DNA from: Heterodontus francisci
Taxonomy: Eukaryota
Length of the DNA: 64,000 nt
NCBI RefSeq assembly: GCF_036365525.1
Contig: NC_090404.1
Span: 6,324,001 to 6,388,000 of the forward strand
Direction: 5' to 3'
Made by a program: the position numbers and the translations under genes. Shown one piece after another: positions 11,640-25,744 of the stretch (position 1 is the stretch's first letter; every line of letters starts with the position of its first letter). The notes under the pieces are model-generated. The model was not told where the DNA came from and ran no database searches. It saw nothing but the letters and a program-made list of their open reading frames with translations.

Positions 11640-14600
11640 TATGCAGGACATCTGAAGGGGGAGGGTGAACAATCAGAGGTCCAAACTAATTTGGCAGGGG
11701 GATGGGATACAGAGTGGAGGTACAGTAGGGGATGATGCACAGTCAAACATAAAAGAGAAACTGAGTCAGTCTGGAAGTCGGAGCAAATATAGACCTATTA
11801 CGGCATAAGTGAAAAATGCAAGGCTGGATTGCATCTATTTTAATGCAAGGAGTCTTACTAGTTAGGCAGATGAATTGAGGGCGATGATTAGCACATGGGA
11901 TTATGATATTATTGCTATCACAGACACATGGTTGAGGGAGGGGCAGGACCAGCAGCTCAATATTCCAGGGTATAGAATCTACAGGCGAGACAGGAGAGGG
12001 GGTAAAAGAGGAGGTGGCATTGCACTATTGATCAAGGAGTCAATTACTGCAACAAGGAGGAATGATATCTTGGAAGGTTCCGCAAATGAGGCCATATGGG
12101 TAGAACTTAAAAACAAAAAGGGGCTGGGAGTGTACAACAGGTTTCCAAACAGTCAGGGAGACATAGAGGAGCAGGCATGTAGGCAAATCTCAGAGAGGTG
12201 CAAAAATAACATGGTAATAATAGTAGGGGATTTCAACTTCCCCAATATCAACTGGGATAGTCTTAGGGCAAAAGGATTAAAGGCGTCAGAATTCTTAAAA
12301 TGCATACAGGAGAGCTTTTTGAGCCAGTACGTAGAAAGTTCAACAAGAGAAGGGGCAGTACTGGACATAATCCTCGGGAATGAAGGCGGACAAGTGGTAG
12401 AAGTTTCAATGGTGGGGGTGGGGGGATAGTGACCATAATTCTGTAAGTTTTAAGGTAGCTATGGAAAAGCAAAAATAAGGACCAGAAATAAAGGTACTGA
12501 ATTGGGGGAAGGCCGATTTCAATATGATAAAACAGGGTCTGGCCGAAGTGGACTGGGAGCAGCTACTTGTAGGAAAGTGTACATCAGACCAGTGGGAGTC
12601 ATTCAAGGAGGAAATAGTGAGATTTCAGAGCCAACATGTCCCCGTACAGGTGAAGGGTAGGAATAACAGGTCCAGGGAACCCTGGATGTCAAGGGATAGA
12701 CAGGATTAGACCAGGAAAAAAAGGAGGCTTATGGCAGAGTCAGAGCGCTGAAAACAGCGGAGGCATCAGAGGAGTATAGAAAGTGTAGGGGGTACTTAAA
12801 AATGTAAATAGCAGAGAGAAGAGGGGACATGAAAACTCACTGACGGGCAAGATAAAGGAAAATCCTAAGGCATTTTGTAAGTATATTAAGGGCAAGAGGA
12901 TAACCTGGGATAGAGTTAGGCTCATTAGGGAACAAAGTGGAAATCTGTGTGGAGCCGCAGGACATAGGTGAGGTTTTAAATGATTATTTTTCATCTGTGT
13001 TCACTATGGAGAAGGACCGATGTAGGTGTAGAGATCAGGGAGGGGGATTGTGATAGACTTGAACAAATTAGTATTGAAAGGGATGAATTATTAGCTGTTT
13101 TAGCGGGCATAAATGAGGATAAATCCCCAGGCCCAGATGAGATGTATCCCAGGCTGTTATGCAAGGGAGAAGATAGCAGGGGCTCTGATACAAATTTTCA
13201 AATCCTCTCTGGCCACAAGAGAGGCACCAGAGGATTGGAGTACAATGAATGTCCATTATTCAAGAAGGGTAGCAGGGATAAACCAGGTAATTGCAGGCCG
13301 TTAGGTCTAACATCAGTGGTAGGGAAACCATTGGAAACAATTCTGAGGGACAGAATTAACGTCCACTTGGAGAGGCAGGGATTAATCTGGGATCGTCAAA
13401 ATGGCTTTATCAGGGGGAGATCGTGTCTAACTAACTTGATTGAATTTTTCGAGGCTGTGTCTAGATGTGTAGATGAGGGTAAAGCAGTTGATGTAGCCTA
13501 CATGGACTTCAGTAAGGCTTTTGATAAGGTCCCATATGGGAGATTGGTTAAGAAGGTAAGAGCCCATGGCATCCAGGGAAATTTGGCAAATTGGATCCAA
13601 AATTAGCTTAGGAGGCAGAGGGTGATGGATGATGGTAGTTTTTGCGAGTGGAAGCCTGTGACCAGTGGTGTACCACAGGGATCGGTGATGGGACCCTTGC
13701 TGTTTGTAGGGTACATTAATGATTTAGATGTGAATATAGCAGGTATGATCAGTAAGTTCGCAGATGACACGAAAATTGGTTGAAACGTAAATAGTGAGCT
13801 GGAAAGCCTTAGATTACAGGACGATATAGATGAGTTGGTAAGAGGGACGGAGCAGTGGCAAATGGAATTTAATCCTGAGAAGTGTGACGTGATGCATTTT
13901 GGGAGGACTAAAAAGACAATGGATGGTAGGACCCTAGGAAGTACAGAGGGTCAAAGGGACCTTGGTGTACTTGACCATAGATCACTGAAGGCAGCAGCAA
14001 AGGTAGATAAGGTGGTTAGGAAGGCATATGGGATACTTGCCTTTATTAGCTGATGCATAGAATATAAAAGCAGGGAGGTTATGACTAAGCTGTGTAAAAT
14101 GTTAGTTCGGCCACAGCTGGAGTGCTGTGTACAGTTCTGGGCACCACATTATAGGAAGGACGTGATTGCACTGGAGAGGGTGCAGAGGAGATTCACCAGG
14201 ATGTTGCCTGGGCTGGAGAATTTCAGCTATGAAGAGAGACTGAAAAGGCAAGGGTTGTTTTCCTTAGAGCAGGGAAGGCTGAGGGGGGACATGATTGAGG
14301 TATACAAAATTATGAGGGCCTTGAAAAGGTTAGATAGTTCGAAACTTTTTAGCTTAGCGGAGGTGTCAATAAGCAGGGGGCATAGATTTAAGGTAAGGGG
14401 TAGGTGGTTGAGAGGGGATTTGAGGAAATACTTTTTCATTACGAGGGTGGTTGGAATCTGGAATGCACAGCCTGAAGAGGTGGTAGAGGCAGGAAACCTC
14501 ACAACACTTAAGAAGTATTTGGATGGACACTTGAAACGCCATAGCATACAGGGCTACGCACCAAGTGCTGGAAAATGGGATTAGAATACTAAGTTGCTTG

Positions 14601-14668
14601 TTGGCCAGCACAGACAAGATGGGCTGAAGGGCCTGTTTCTGTGCTGTATGACTCTATGACTCTATTGA
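11640..14668 (+). mobile_element. CR1-clade LINE, near-complete but frameshifted ORF2
   Basis: APE ORF 11875..12429; RT ORFs 12980..13606 and 14081..14584; (TATGACTC)n tail; flanked by TA(T/C)AAACCAAT at 11629-11639 / 14669-14679. Confidence 0.92.
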
Positions 14669-17600
14669 TACAAACCAATACTGTGTCTAGTTCAGTAATT
14701 ACTGAGACAGGGCCTAGTGCAGTAAAACTGAGATTGGGTCTCGTATAGGATTAACAGACATGCTCTGCTGTAATTGAATCAGATACATGTTCCAGGGTAA
14801 TATGAAATGAATCGGGTACAATAATAATTGAGACAGAGTCTCGTGTAATGCGAACAGGGACATGGTATAGTGTCGTCATAAATGAAACAGGGCCTAGTAT
14901 AAGGAAAAAGTTAGACAAGGCCCAGTGCCGTTTTAAGTGATAGAGGACATTGTGCAATATAAATTGAGACAGACCATAGTGCAGTAATACTGATACAGGA
15001 CCTCGATTTCTATGTGCTGAGACATGGACAAGTGCAGCAAAACTTGATTGTAGTCACATTTAACGGAGAGATGGTTTAGTACAGTTATAACTGAGACATG
15101 GTTTTATGTGATGGAAACAGAAACGTGATCTAGTGCAGTAATAACCTAGACAGGACATTGTGTAATACAAGCAGAAAACCAGGTCCACGACATTAACACC
15201 TGAAATTGGGCGAGTGTCGAAATAATTGAGGCATGGACTGCTTTTATATGATTAGAGGCAACGTTTGCTGTAATACAAATAGGAAAATGAGCTAGTAGAA
15301 TAGAAACAGGGATGCCATCTAGCAAAATACAGACTAAAGCAGGCTCTGGCTTCATATAAACTGAGTCAAGTTCCAGTGTAATATAAACGGAGACAGGATC
15401 TTGTGTAATATAAACAGAGACAGGATCTAGGGGAATATAATCAGAGATGGGGTCTAGTGTAACATAAACGGTGACAGAGTGTCATGTAATATAAACAGAG
15501 ACGTGGTCCAGTGTATTATTACCAGAGACAGAGCCTAATTTATTACAAACAGAGAAATGGTTCAGTGCAATATAAACAGAGACAGCATCTGGTGTAAAAT
15601 AAACGGAGACAGGATCTCGTGTACTCTAATCAGAGATGGGGTCTAACATAAACAGTGTAATGTAATGCAAACAGAGACAGGGCCTAGTGTAATATAAACA
15701 GAGACAAGGTCTACAGTAATATAAGCAGAGACAGGGTCGAGTGTAAGATGAACAAGGACAGGGTCTAGTTTAATCTAAACAGAGATACGGCAAAGAACAG
15801 TGATAACTGAGACAGGATGTAGTGTAATATAAAAAGAGACAGGATCTGGTGTAGTATAAACAGAGACAGGGCCTAGTTTAATACAAACAGACAGAGTACA
15901 GTGTAATAGAAACAGTGATAGCATTTAGTGTAATATAAACAGAGACAGGATCTAGTTAATATAATCAGAGATGGGGCCAAGTGTAACATAAATATAGAGA
16001 GGGTGTAGTTTAGTAAAACAGACACAGGGCCTAATATAATATAAACAGAGAAAGGGCCTACTTTAATATAAACTGAGACAGGGTTTACATTAATATAAAC
16101 CGAGGCGGGGTCCAGTGTAGTATTAACAGAGACATGGTATATAGTAACGTAAACAGAGACAGGGTCTTGTATAATATAAACAGAGACAGGGCGTATTGTA
16201 ATACAAACAGGCAGGTACTAGTGTAATATTGACAGAGAAAGGGCTTAGTGTAATATAAACAGAGACAGGTTCTCACATAATATAAACAGAGAACGAGGCT
16301 AATGTAATTTAAACATAGACAGGGTCTACAGTAATATACACAGAGACAGCATCATCAGTAAACAGTAATATAAACAGAGACAGGGCCTAGTTGCATACAA
16401 ACAGATGCAGGGTCCAGTGTATAATAAAATAAACATTTTCTAGTGGAATATAAGAAGAGAGAGGTCTAGTGTAACCATAAACAGAGGCAGGGCCTTGTAT
16501 AATATAAACAGAGGCAGGGTCTAGTGCAATGTAAACACACAGGGCACAGTACAATATAAACACACACAGGGTGTAGTTTAATGTAAACAGAGACATGTTA
16601 CAGTGTAATGTAAACAGAGAGGGTGATCCTAGTGTAATATAAACAGAATATTAATAAAGAGAGACGGCTTAGTTTGATATGAAGAGACATGTTCCAGAGG
16701 AGTAATGGCAGAGACATGGTCCAATTTAATATAAACAGAGATATTGACTTGTCCAGCATTTGAGACTGGGTTTAGTGTAGTACAAACAGACACAGGGTTT
16801 GGTGCAGCAATAACAGATACTTTGCCGAATTTAATATAAACAGAGACATAGTCCTGTGTAGTAACAGCTGAGACAGGATCAAGTGCAGTAGTAACTGAGA
16901 GAGGGACTGATGCAATATGATCGGAAACAGGCTTGTTGTAATATAAATAGGGGCAAAGTCTTGTGCAGGAATACAGAGACAGGGTCACGTGCACCAATCA
17001 TTGATACAGGACCTCTAGTAATATAAACCAACACTGGGTCCAGTTCAGTAATTACTGAAATAGGGCCTAGTGCAGTAAAACTGAGATTGGGTCTCGTGTA
17101 GTATTAACAGACATGGTCTAGTGTAATTTAAACTGAGACATGTTCCAGGGTAATATGAAATGAGTCGAGTACATTAACAATTGAGACGGAGACTCGTGCA
17201 ATGTGTACACGGACATGGTATAGTGTAGTGAAACAGGACCTATTATAAGAAAAACCTGAGGCACGGTCCAGTGCAGTTTTAAGTGATAGAGGACATTGAA
17301 CAAGATAAACTGAGACTGATCCTAGTGCAGTGATACTGACACAGGACCTCGATTTCTGTGAGATGAGACATGGACAAGTGCAGCAATAGGTGAAGCAGGA
17401 TTCCGTGTTTAGTTAGGCATTTAACAGAGAGATGGTTCAGTACAGGAGTAAAAGCGACATGTTTTGTGTGATAGAAACAGAAATATGGTCTAGTTCAGTA
17501 ATAACCTAGACAGGGCATTGAGTAATACAAGCAGAAAGCAGGTCCACTATATAAACAACCGGAGATTAGGCGAATGTCGGAATAATTGAGGCATGGACTG

Positions 17601-17867
17601 CTTTTGTCTGATTAGAGGCAACGTTTGTTGTAATACAAATAGGAAAATGAGCTACTGTAATATAAACAGACACCATCTAGTATAATATAGACGAAAGCAG
17701 GCTCTACTTAATATATACTAAGAGAGGGTCTAGTGTTAGATAAACCGATATTGGAAATAGTGTAATATAAACAGAGACTGGGTCTGCTGTAATATAAGAG
17801 AGACAGGGCCCAGAGCAGTAATAACTGAAGCTGCGCCTGTTTCATGCAATGTGGACAATCGAGCTTT

Positions 17868-17886
17868 CACTGACACCTGGTGGTTG
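17868..17886 (-). promoter_or_regulatory. CTCF-like motif (paralog of 1623-1641)
   Basis: Reverse complement CAACCACCAGGTGTCAGTG, one mismatch in the core. Confidence 0.45.
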
Positions 17887-18118
17887 TGTTTGGCCATTGC
17901 TCCTATTGTGAAAATGTCGATGTCTGTTACTGTTTCTGATATTAATACACCAAGAAACAACTTGCATTGATACACAAGATCATCACCTTCTCTAGGAGGT
18001 CCCAACATTTGAAGTGCAACTAATTCCAGATAAACGTGGCCGATTTGTGTACAGAAACATCAATGATAGAGCAACGTGGCTGAACTCTTGTTTCTGTATT
18101 TTTATTGAAATTGGTTAA

Positions 18119-18265
18119 TTAGTTTGCAGCACCTGCGACAGAATCTGCCTCTCAAAGATTGGCCTTCACAGCCATCAGCAAAGATGCCCCAAGAAAGACA
18201 TCCTACCTAAATGGGTTGCTGGCTGCGTGTGCATCATCTTTCATAGATGGAAGGATGCCAAACCA
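18119..18265 (+). mobile_element. RTE-clade LINE 3' tip
   Basis: Encodes CSTCDRICLSKIGLHSHQQRC (C-terminal zinc finger); TSD TGGTT(A/G)A; absent from the paralogous site at 1389-1395. Confidence 0.75.
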
Positions 18266-19754
18266 TGGTTGAAGGGAGGAATGTTGACCAAGGCACAGTG
18301 TGGGGACCATGGGAGCTTTAATGTCTACCTCAACAGAGAAGCTGGACGGGAGAGATTATTCGTTCATGATATCATCTGAAAGACAGTGGGGCCGATTTTC
18401 CCCAATACTGTAAGTGCCACTGAGCCTCCAATAGAACCAAGGTTAGACCTTCAGCTGAAGCATTGGCTTAGCCCCCGTTTAACGCAAGATGCCATGTTGG
18501 TAAAGGAGTTGACACTTGCGCTCGGATCAGTCGCCCAGAGGATCATTCATCAGCGGATTGTCACTGATACCGCCTCTGAGCCTCATTAAAGAGGCTGTGC
18601 TCCATTTTGGCAACTAATACTTGACCGCCCTTCTCTCCAAACAGCAACCAACTGATTGGGATTAAACAAGTTGTTGCAGATGGTTTCTGTGCTAGTTAAA
18701 GGTACATCACCTTTTACTGTCCATCGGCTGCTGGAAGTTTCAAGAGGACTTTTAAATGTCATCAGGATCATTTCTGGGACACTTTTTCGACTTCGCCAAC
18801 ACGGTATCAATATTTAGCCTGTTCACGCAACTATTTCCTCCAATAGCTTTGATGGTTTAGATCATTAATAACTGAGGCACAAACTGGCATACTGTATGAA
18901 GGGGCATGGTTTAATGGTGTAACTAGAGATATGGCCTTTTGCAACAAAAACTGAGATGCAGCCTAGCATAATATAAAAAGCAACATAGTCTAGTGTAACA
19001 ATGTGGGATATGATTTTGTGTAATATAAATGGGATATGATGTAATGCAGTAATAACTGAGTAAGGCCTAATGTATTATAAACAGAAAAGTGGTCTCCTGC
19101 ACTAATAACTGCACATGGTCTAATGTAGTAAGAAGAGATAGAGCCTTGTGTAATAGAAACAGAGATATGGTCCATTGTAGTAATAAGTGAGACAGGGCCT
19201 AGTTTAATCTGAGCAGAAGCGAAGTCTAGTGTTGTAATAGCCGAAAATGGGTCCTGTGAATATAAAAAAAGAGATGATATAATGCATTGCCAACTGAGAT
19301 AATGTCAAGTGTAACAAACAGGTTCTAGTGAAATATCAGCAGATACTTGATTTAGTTGAGTACTAACTGCGACAGCATCTAGTGCAATAAAATTAGAGAC
19401 ATGGTTTAATCACTGAGACAGGGAGTGGTCAAGATGAACAAAGAGTGAGATGTAGTTTAGTGCGCAAGAACTGAGACATAATCGTGCATAATATACAGAG
19501 GCAATCTTCTGCAATTAAAACGGAAACATGACCATAGTAACATCAACAGAAATACGGACGGCTGTAATGTTACAGAGTCGAGTGTAATGTAATGTGTACC
19601 AAAGGAACATGGATATAGAACCATAGAAAAGTTACGGCACAGTCCCACGTGTCTGCGCCGGCTGAAAAAACTAGCCGCCTAATGTTTATATTACATTAGG
19701 CCTTGTCTCAGTTTTCTTTGCACGAGGCCACAGACTACTCCAGTAGAAAACTAA

Positions 19755-21280
19755 TGATTCTGATAAACCTTTACAAAACACCAGTAGGCCTCAGCTGGAG
19801 TATTGTGTCCAATTCAGGGTACCACATTTTCAGAAGGACATCGAAGCGTTGGAGAAGGTCCAGAAAAGATATTTTAAAATGGTACCAGGTGTGAAAGAGA
19901 GGCTGGAGAAGCTAAGGTCATTCTGCTGAGAGCAGAGAAGGTTAAGAGGAGATTTTGTACAGTTGTTTAAAATCATGAAATGCTTTGATAGAATAAATAA
20001 GATGAAAATATTTCCAGTGGCAAAAGGGTCGATAATCAAAGGGCACAGATTCAAAGTAAATAGCAAAGTAACCAAGGGCTACATATAACTGACTTGGATC
20101 TTGGAATACAGAGTAGAATCTCAAACTTTGCTGATGACACCAAACTTGGAGCTGTAGCAAACAGTCAGAATGATATGAAACGCCTGCAACAGGCCATAGA
20201 TAGGCTAGCGGAGTGGGCAGACAAGTGGCAGATGGACTTTAATACTGACAAGTGTGAAGTGATGCATTTTGGCAGAAGGAATAGGAAGAGGCAATATGCA
20301 CTTAATAGTGCAGTTCTAAAGAGTGTGCAGGAGCAGAGGGACCTGCGGGTGCATGTGCATCTATCTTTGAAGGTAGCATGACATATTGGGAGAGTGGTTA
20401 AAGCATATGGGATCCTGGGCTTCACAAACAGAGGCATTGAGTACAAAAGCAGGGAAGTTATGCTGAACCTTTATAAAGCTCTGGGTAGGTCTCAACTGGA
20501 GTATTGCGTCAAATTCTGGGCACTAAACTTTAGGAATGATGCGAGGATCTTTGGGAGAGATTTATCAGAATTGTTCCAGGGATGGTGAATTTTTGTTACA
20601 AGGTTAGGTTGGAAAAACCTGGGTTATTCTCCTTAGAACAAAGGAGATTCAGAGGAGAGTTAATAGAAACGTACAAGATTATGACAGGCTTAGGTAAGTT
20701 AGACAAGGAAAAACTGTTCACATTAATTAATGGTACAAGGACTAGGGGACACAGATTGAAGGTTTAGGGTAAGAGATGCAGGGGGAATATGGGGAAACAC
20801 TTTTTTACACAGTGGATGGCAATAACCAGGAAGTCGCTGCCCATGAGTGTGTTGGAAGTGGAGACAAGAAATTACTTCAAAAGGAAATTGGATAACCACT
20901 TGAAGGAAATAGACTTGCAGAGCTACAAGGAACAAGCGAGACAGTGGGACTGACTGAATACCTCTGCGAGGAGCCGGCATGGATTCGATGGGCCGAATGG
21001 CCTCATTCTGTGCCGCAAATGTCTCGATAATCCAATGACTCTCGGCCATATGAGGGGGATGATAAATGACAGAGCAAGTTGTTATTATCTGGAATGTACT
21101 GCCTGAAAGGGTGGTGGAAGCAAATTGAATAATAACTCTAAAAAGGGAATTGAATAAACACTTAAAATGGAAAAAAAATGCACGGCTCTTGGAAAACAGC
21201 AGAGAGTGGTGGAATAATATGCTAGTTCTTTGAAGAGCTGGGACAGTCCTGAAAGGCTGAATGGCCTCCTTCTCAGCTTT
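19755..21280 (+). mobile_element. Nested CR1 RT/3' fragments
   Basis: FADDTKLG, KWQMDFNTDKCEVMHFG and LEYCVKFW motifs. Confidence 0.85.
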
Positions 21281-21359
21281 ATTATTATAGGAGTGCATGA
21301 TTTACCGGCTCAATCCAACACCCCTTTTACACCTGTTGTTAATAAAAAGAACAAAAGAA

Positions 21360-21800
21360 AAAAGTTGCATTTGTGTGGCGTCTTTCATGACCACAGTATG
21401 TCTCAAAGGCTTTGCAGCCAATGAGCTACTTGTGAAGTGTCGTTCCTGCTGTAATGTAGGAAATGCGGCCCACGATTTTCACGTAGAAAACTTCACAAAT
21501 GGCAATATGGTAATGCCCATATAATCTGCTTTTGTCATGTTGATTGAAGGATAAATATTGATCAGGACACCGGGGATAACTCCCACGCACTGCTTCCAAA
21601 TAGTGTCGTGGGATCTTTTACACCTGAGAGGGCAGATGGCACCCTTTCGAACCAGTGTAGGGGTTTCATGTCCCATCCGAAAAACGGTATCACTGACAGT
21701 GCAGCACTCCACTTGAGTGCGGTGTAATTTTTTTGCTCATTTCCTGGAGTAGGATTTGAAACTGGGACGTGCTCGTTCCAACTGAGCCACGGCCGATGAG
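21360..21800 (-). mobile_element. Old SINE (Deu/SacSINE-like)
   Basis: Homologous to 7190-7650 and 62780-63215. Confidence 0.55.
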
Positions 21801-23695
21801 CTGGGTTTGTTTTGCGAATTAAAGAAGAAGAAATAGGTAAATAGAACTCCCGGATTTTAACAGTTCCACTTCAGATTATATACACACACGGCGCGCAGTA
21901 CAGACACTAGCTACAATTGTGCTCTTGAATCCAACATCAGAATAGCTCTGCCATTCTGGGACTTGTACTATAACATCCAACCATTTAGTCGATTACCCAG
22001 AACTGCACAATAATTTCTCGCCTACGTGGACAAAGTTGGTCATTTTCTACAAAAGAAATTTCAGTGGACTATGAATCATTAAATAATTACCGATCATTAA
22101 TAGATTGAGATACATTAATCGATTGGAAGTGATGAAAGGCTTTGGAATCATTGATACATTGGCAGACATCAATCAGTAGCAAGTTATCAATTGCTTGAGA
22201 AAGTTGATGGCTGCGGATGTATCAATAGGTTGGAAACATCAATGGATTGAGAAACATTTAATGTTTGGGAAACACGACGAAGGACAAGAATTTTGAGAAA
22301 TATCATTTGCTTTGAATATGACACCCACGTAACCCCACCCTTGTGTACGAGGGAAATGCCTATAGATTCGCAAATGTCTGTCTGTCCATCTGTTTCTGTT
22401 AGTTGGCGCAGAGACAGTTTGTTACCCCTGATGAACGTGAATGGGAACTGTGCACAAACCAGATTAATTATCCTAGATTATGGGAGAGAGTCTCTTATAC
22501 AAGGAGTGGGATCAATTGGGAATCGATAAACCGGGAGCCGTTCATCTAAAAACACATCATCAATTATACCTCAATATTAATAATACATTTTGTAGCGCCT
22601 TGGAACATTCGGAGCACAAATTTGTGTGGAGAAATAATTACTGAATATTGACATACTGGCATCTTATTGGAGGTTTTATATCCATGCAGCGGGTTTCCCC
22701 GACACAAAACATGTCTAACACAGAAGTGCAACCAGATGAAAAGCAGGATTCTGCATTAACCTCATGCTATAGAGTACGGGCCTGAGAATAATCTTCAAAA
22801 TTGTGATTGAAATCACCATATTCAGCACCATCACTGACTCATCTCTGTCCGGCTCATATACCATGCCCACTCTTACCATATGTCTCCATCCGGCTCCTGC
22901 TTATGTGCTGATATTTGTTGTTGAAACAGGAATCAAGACTCATGGGGGCAGGCAGCAAAGTGGAGTAAGACCACAATCAGATCAACCATGATCTTATTGA
23001 ATGGTGGAGCAAGCTCGAGCGGCCGAATAGCCTACTCCTGCATCGATTTCTTATGATATTATCACAGTGACCCTAAACCACCAACCTAAGCAGATCCCAT
23101 TGAAATCCTGACCTGACCCGTCCAATTCATTTAGTGCATCAATGGACTGAATGGAGAGGCTCTGGGGAGAGTGGTTAAAGGAGTTCAGGACATTTGAATT
23201 TGCAACCACAATGTCTAATGCCCACAGAATATATTTCACTGTGGCAATGACTTAGAATGACTATATGGAGGTACAAAAAAGTTAGAATTCATATTCTGTT
23301 AATGTGTGACCTTCCTAGTCTCTATTGGAGGGAAGAGGAAAAACGTATCCAATAGATTGCTATTTTTCTGCTGTGATTAAAGTAATTCGGGTAAAGGTGT
23401 TCTGTGTGCTTTGTTGTACATGAAAAACCACATGTCTACAAATAATGAAATTGCCCCTTCTCCACCCAGTCATATTTTTGAGACGAAGATTCTCCATCAG
23501 CAGAGAAGGACCATCAGTACCACAGGGATATCTCCAGGCATCTCATTGTGAATTCAACTCAGGTCCATCTATTCATTTCTCACATAGACATCCAACTGTC
23601 CACTCATTCCAGCATCGCTGCATCTGTCCCTCCATCCACGCAAATAAGCATATTCATCTATTTCAGAATGTATCGCCTCTCTGATATCCTCATTA

Positions 23696-23696
<1 letters not shown>

Positions 23697-23775
<79 letters not shown>
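23697..23775. repeat. (TCTG)n(TCTA)n tetranucleotide microsatellite
   Basis: Direct observation. Confidence 0.95.
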
Positions 23776-23776
<1 letters not shown>

Positions 23777-25383
23777 TATTATGATGTGCTGCACAGATCC
23801 TCCAGTGCACTGTTGCTACTAACAGGGTGTCTGAGACGTTGGATGTATTTCCTTTCCTGAGATGGGAATAATTCACATAGTTTCACAACTGAAAAAATAA
23901 AATTGATTCCAGTATTGTTGCTGGGTAGATTTGTTTATGAATATGCCTCATTGGCAATGTTAAGGGTTTGAAGTTGGCTTGCAGCCAAGCGGTCAGTAAT
24001 GAGGAAAGAGATCTTTGATTGACTGCACAGAACCCCCAGATGCTTCCTGTAAATAACATTTACACCTCCTTGACAACAGTCGGTTGGATTGCAGCCAAAT
24101 ACTGTGTGAGGCAGATTAGCGTGAATATGAAAGGACAAAGACAGGATTTAACCATTTGAACATTAACTTATCAGCAGTGATCTTCCAAAAAAAAAGCATT
24201 TTACGAGGTATCACATTTAAAGAATAATTTTCTGTAAATTCAGTTAGCATATTATGATAAAATGGGAGCGCCAAATAATAAATTGACCCACGTGATAATT
24301 AAATATAATTCTGGATAATTAAGATCATTTAATTCGGGCTGCTTGAAATTCTGGAGAGAACTTTTAATGACACCCCCCAAACACACACACACCGGAATGA
24401 GATATTGGGAATTGCAAAATGAATAAATAGGTGGAATTGTCTTGAACCCGCTGCATTTCCTTGAATATTCTCACAGAGCTGTGAATCACATTCAGCTAAA
24501 TACTCCTTTATTACTGATAACAGCTGCGTGCTATACAGTTTAATTTATCATAATTTGGATTGCTTAACAAGCCTTTTCATTGCCAGGCTACCAATGGGTA
24601 GAGAAATTCCCAGTTTATGATATGATTCTGCAGCAGATAAAGCGTTTATTCTTGTGATATTCAGTAGCATAGCGCTAAGTACTGATCTATCGCGTTCCTG
24701 AGACCAGTGCATATTGAACAGTGTGTCGCTAATAAAGTTAGCTGCAACGCTTTGCTGATCGCCATATCGGTTCTGATTCACCAGCTCCTCTTTTTCAAAA
24801 GCTGGTATGAATTTTACGTGTCACTCTTTAATTATCAGGCAAGCGGACTTCTTTTGCAAATAATTTTCAAAGCTTGGCTTCGGATCACAGAGTCAAGAGC
24901 AATTTGTGAAATACAGAGAGTGAGACACACTTGTATAATGTGAGGCGTTTCTATTCACTCTGGTCCTAAATTGTGTAACTACAGCCATTCGCACTGCAAA
25001 TAGAATCACTTTACTAATATCTCGCATTTAGTTGCACAAATTGATAACAATTCAAATTATCGGTGGTACGTTATTGGTGTAGATTGAAAGAATAGATCGA
25101 CCGGGATGGATTAACATCTACTAACAGTCACTTTGGACCCTGGCAACATAACTTAATCTAAAAGATTCACATGCCCTCTGAAGAGGTGAGAGAATAAAGG
25201 GATTTAATTCGCAGCCCACAATGCAATTATTTATTATTGAACAAATTTTCAACTGCAATATCTCCATTTACGACCAAGTAACACTTTGCACTGAAATCAT
25301 ACCGTCCTATGAATTTCCATGGATACAGATAAAATGTTCACATTTACTAGTAGTCCAATGTAATGATATGAGTCCGTTCTGTT

Positions 25384-25481
25384 AGTGATGTGGAAGGTGG
25401 GACGTGGATCCAGTAACCGCCTCTATCAGGGAATCAATAGGCGGCGCCTATAACCTCGCCCCCTTCTGCCGGGTATTTAAA
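25384..25481 (+). promoter_or_regulatory. VH promoter: decamer-like AGTGATGTGG (25384-25393) and TATA box TATTTAAA (25474-25481)
   Basis: TATA about 90 bp upstream of the leader ATG; no perfect octamer nearby. Confidence 0.7.
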
Positions 25482-25572
25482 TGCCGGTCACTGGGACCGC
25501 AATACAACAGTCCGGGAGCCGGTTTGCTCAGTGAGTTCTTACCAGAACCATTTTCCCCGAATTGCCAGAAGG

Positions 25573-25618
25573 ATGAGGTCGGCGATTACTCTCAGTCTGT
25601 TGCTGGTTTTCTTATCCC
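25573..25618 (+). CDS. IGHV: IgH V leader exon (MRSAITLSLLLVFLS-)
   Basis: ATG, hydrophobic signal peptide, phase-1 donor C|GTGAGT; 126-bp intron. Confidence 0.95.
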
Positions 25619-25744
25619 GTGAGTAGTTTTTATTGTCCAAGTCTCTCGCTGTTACTGTCACAGTATTCGACTCTCTCTGAAATGTTACAGAGTCAGGAAT
25701 CATTTCACCAGGATTAATCCTAAGGGTTTTTGATATTTTTACAG

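Larger units (their letters stand above)
9880..19600 (-). repeat. 27-bp satellite array, homogeneous at 9905-10620, degenerate and higher-order elsewhere; interrupted by CR1 and unique blocks
   Basis: Unit GGGTCTAGTGTAATATAAACAGAGACA; explains ORF 9889..10773 (VSVYITLDP)n. Confidence 0.92.

Noticed and set aside
23050-23240. Possible Gypsy gag remnant (WLKEFRTF)
   Set aside because: Too short and degenerate to support
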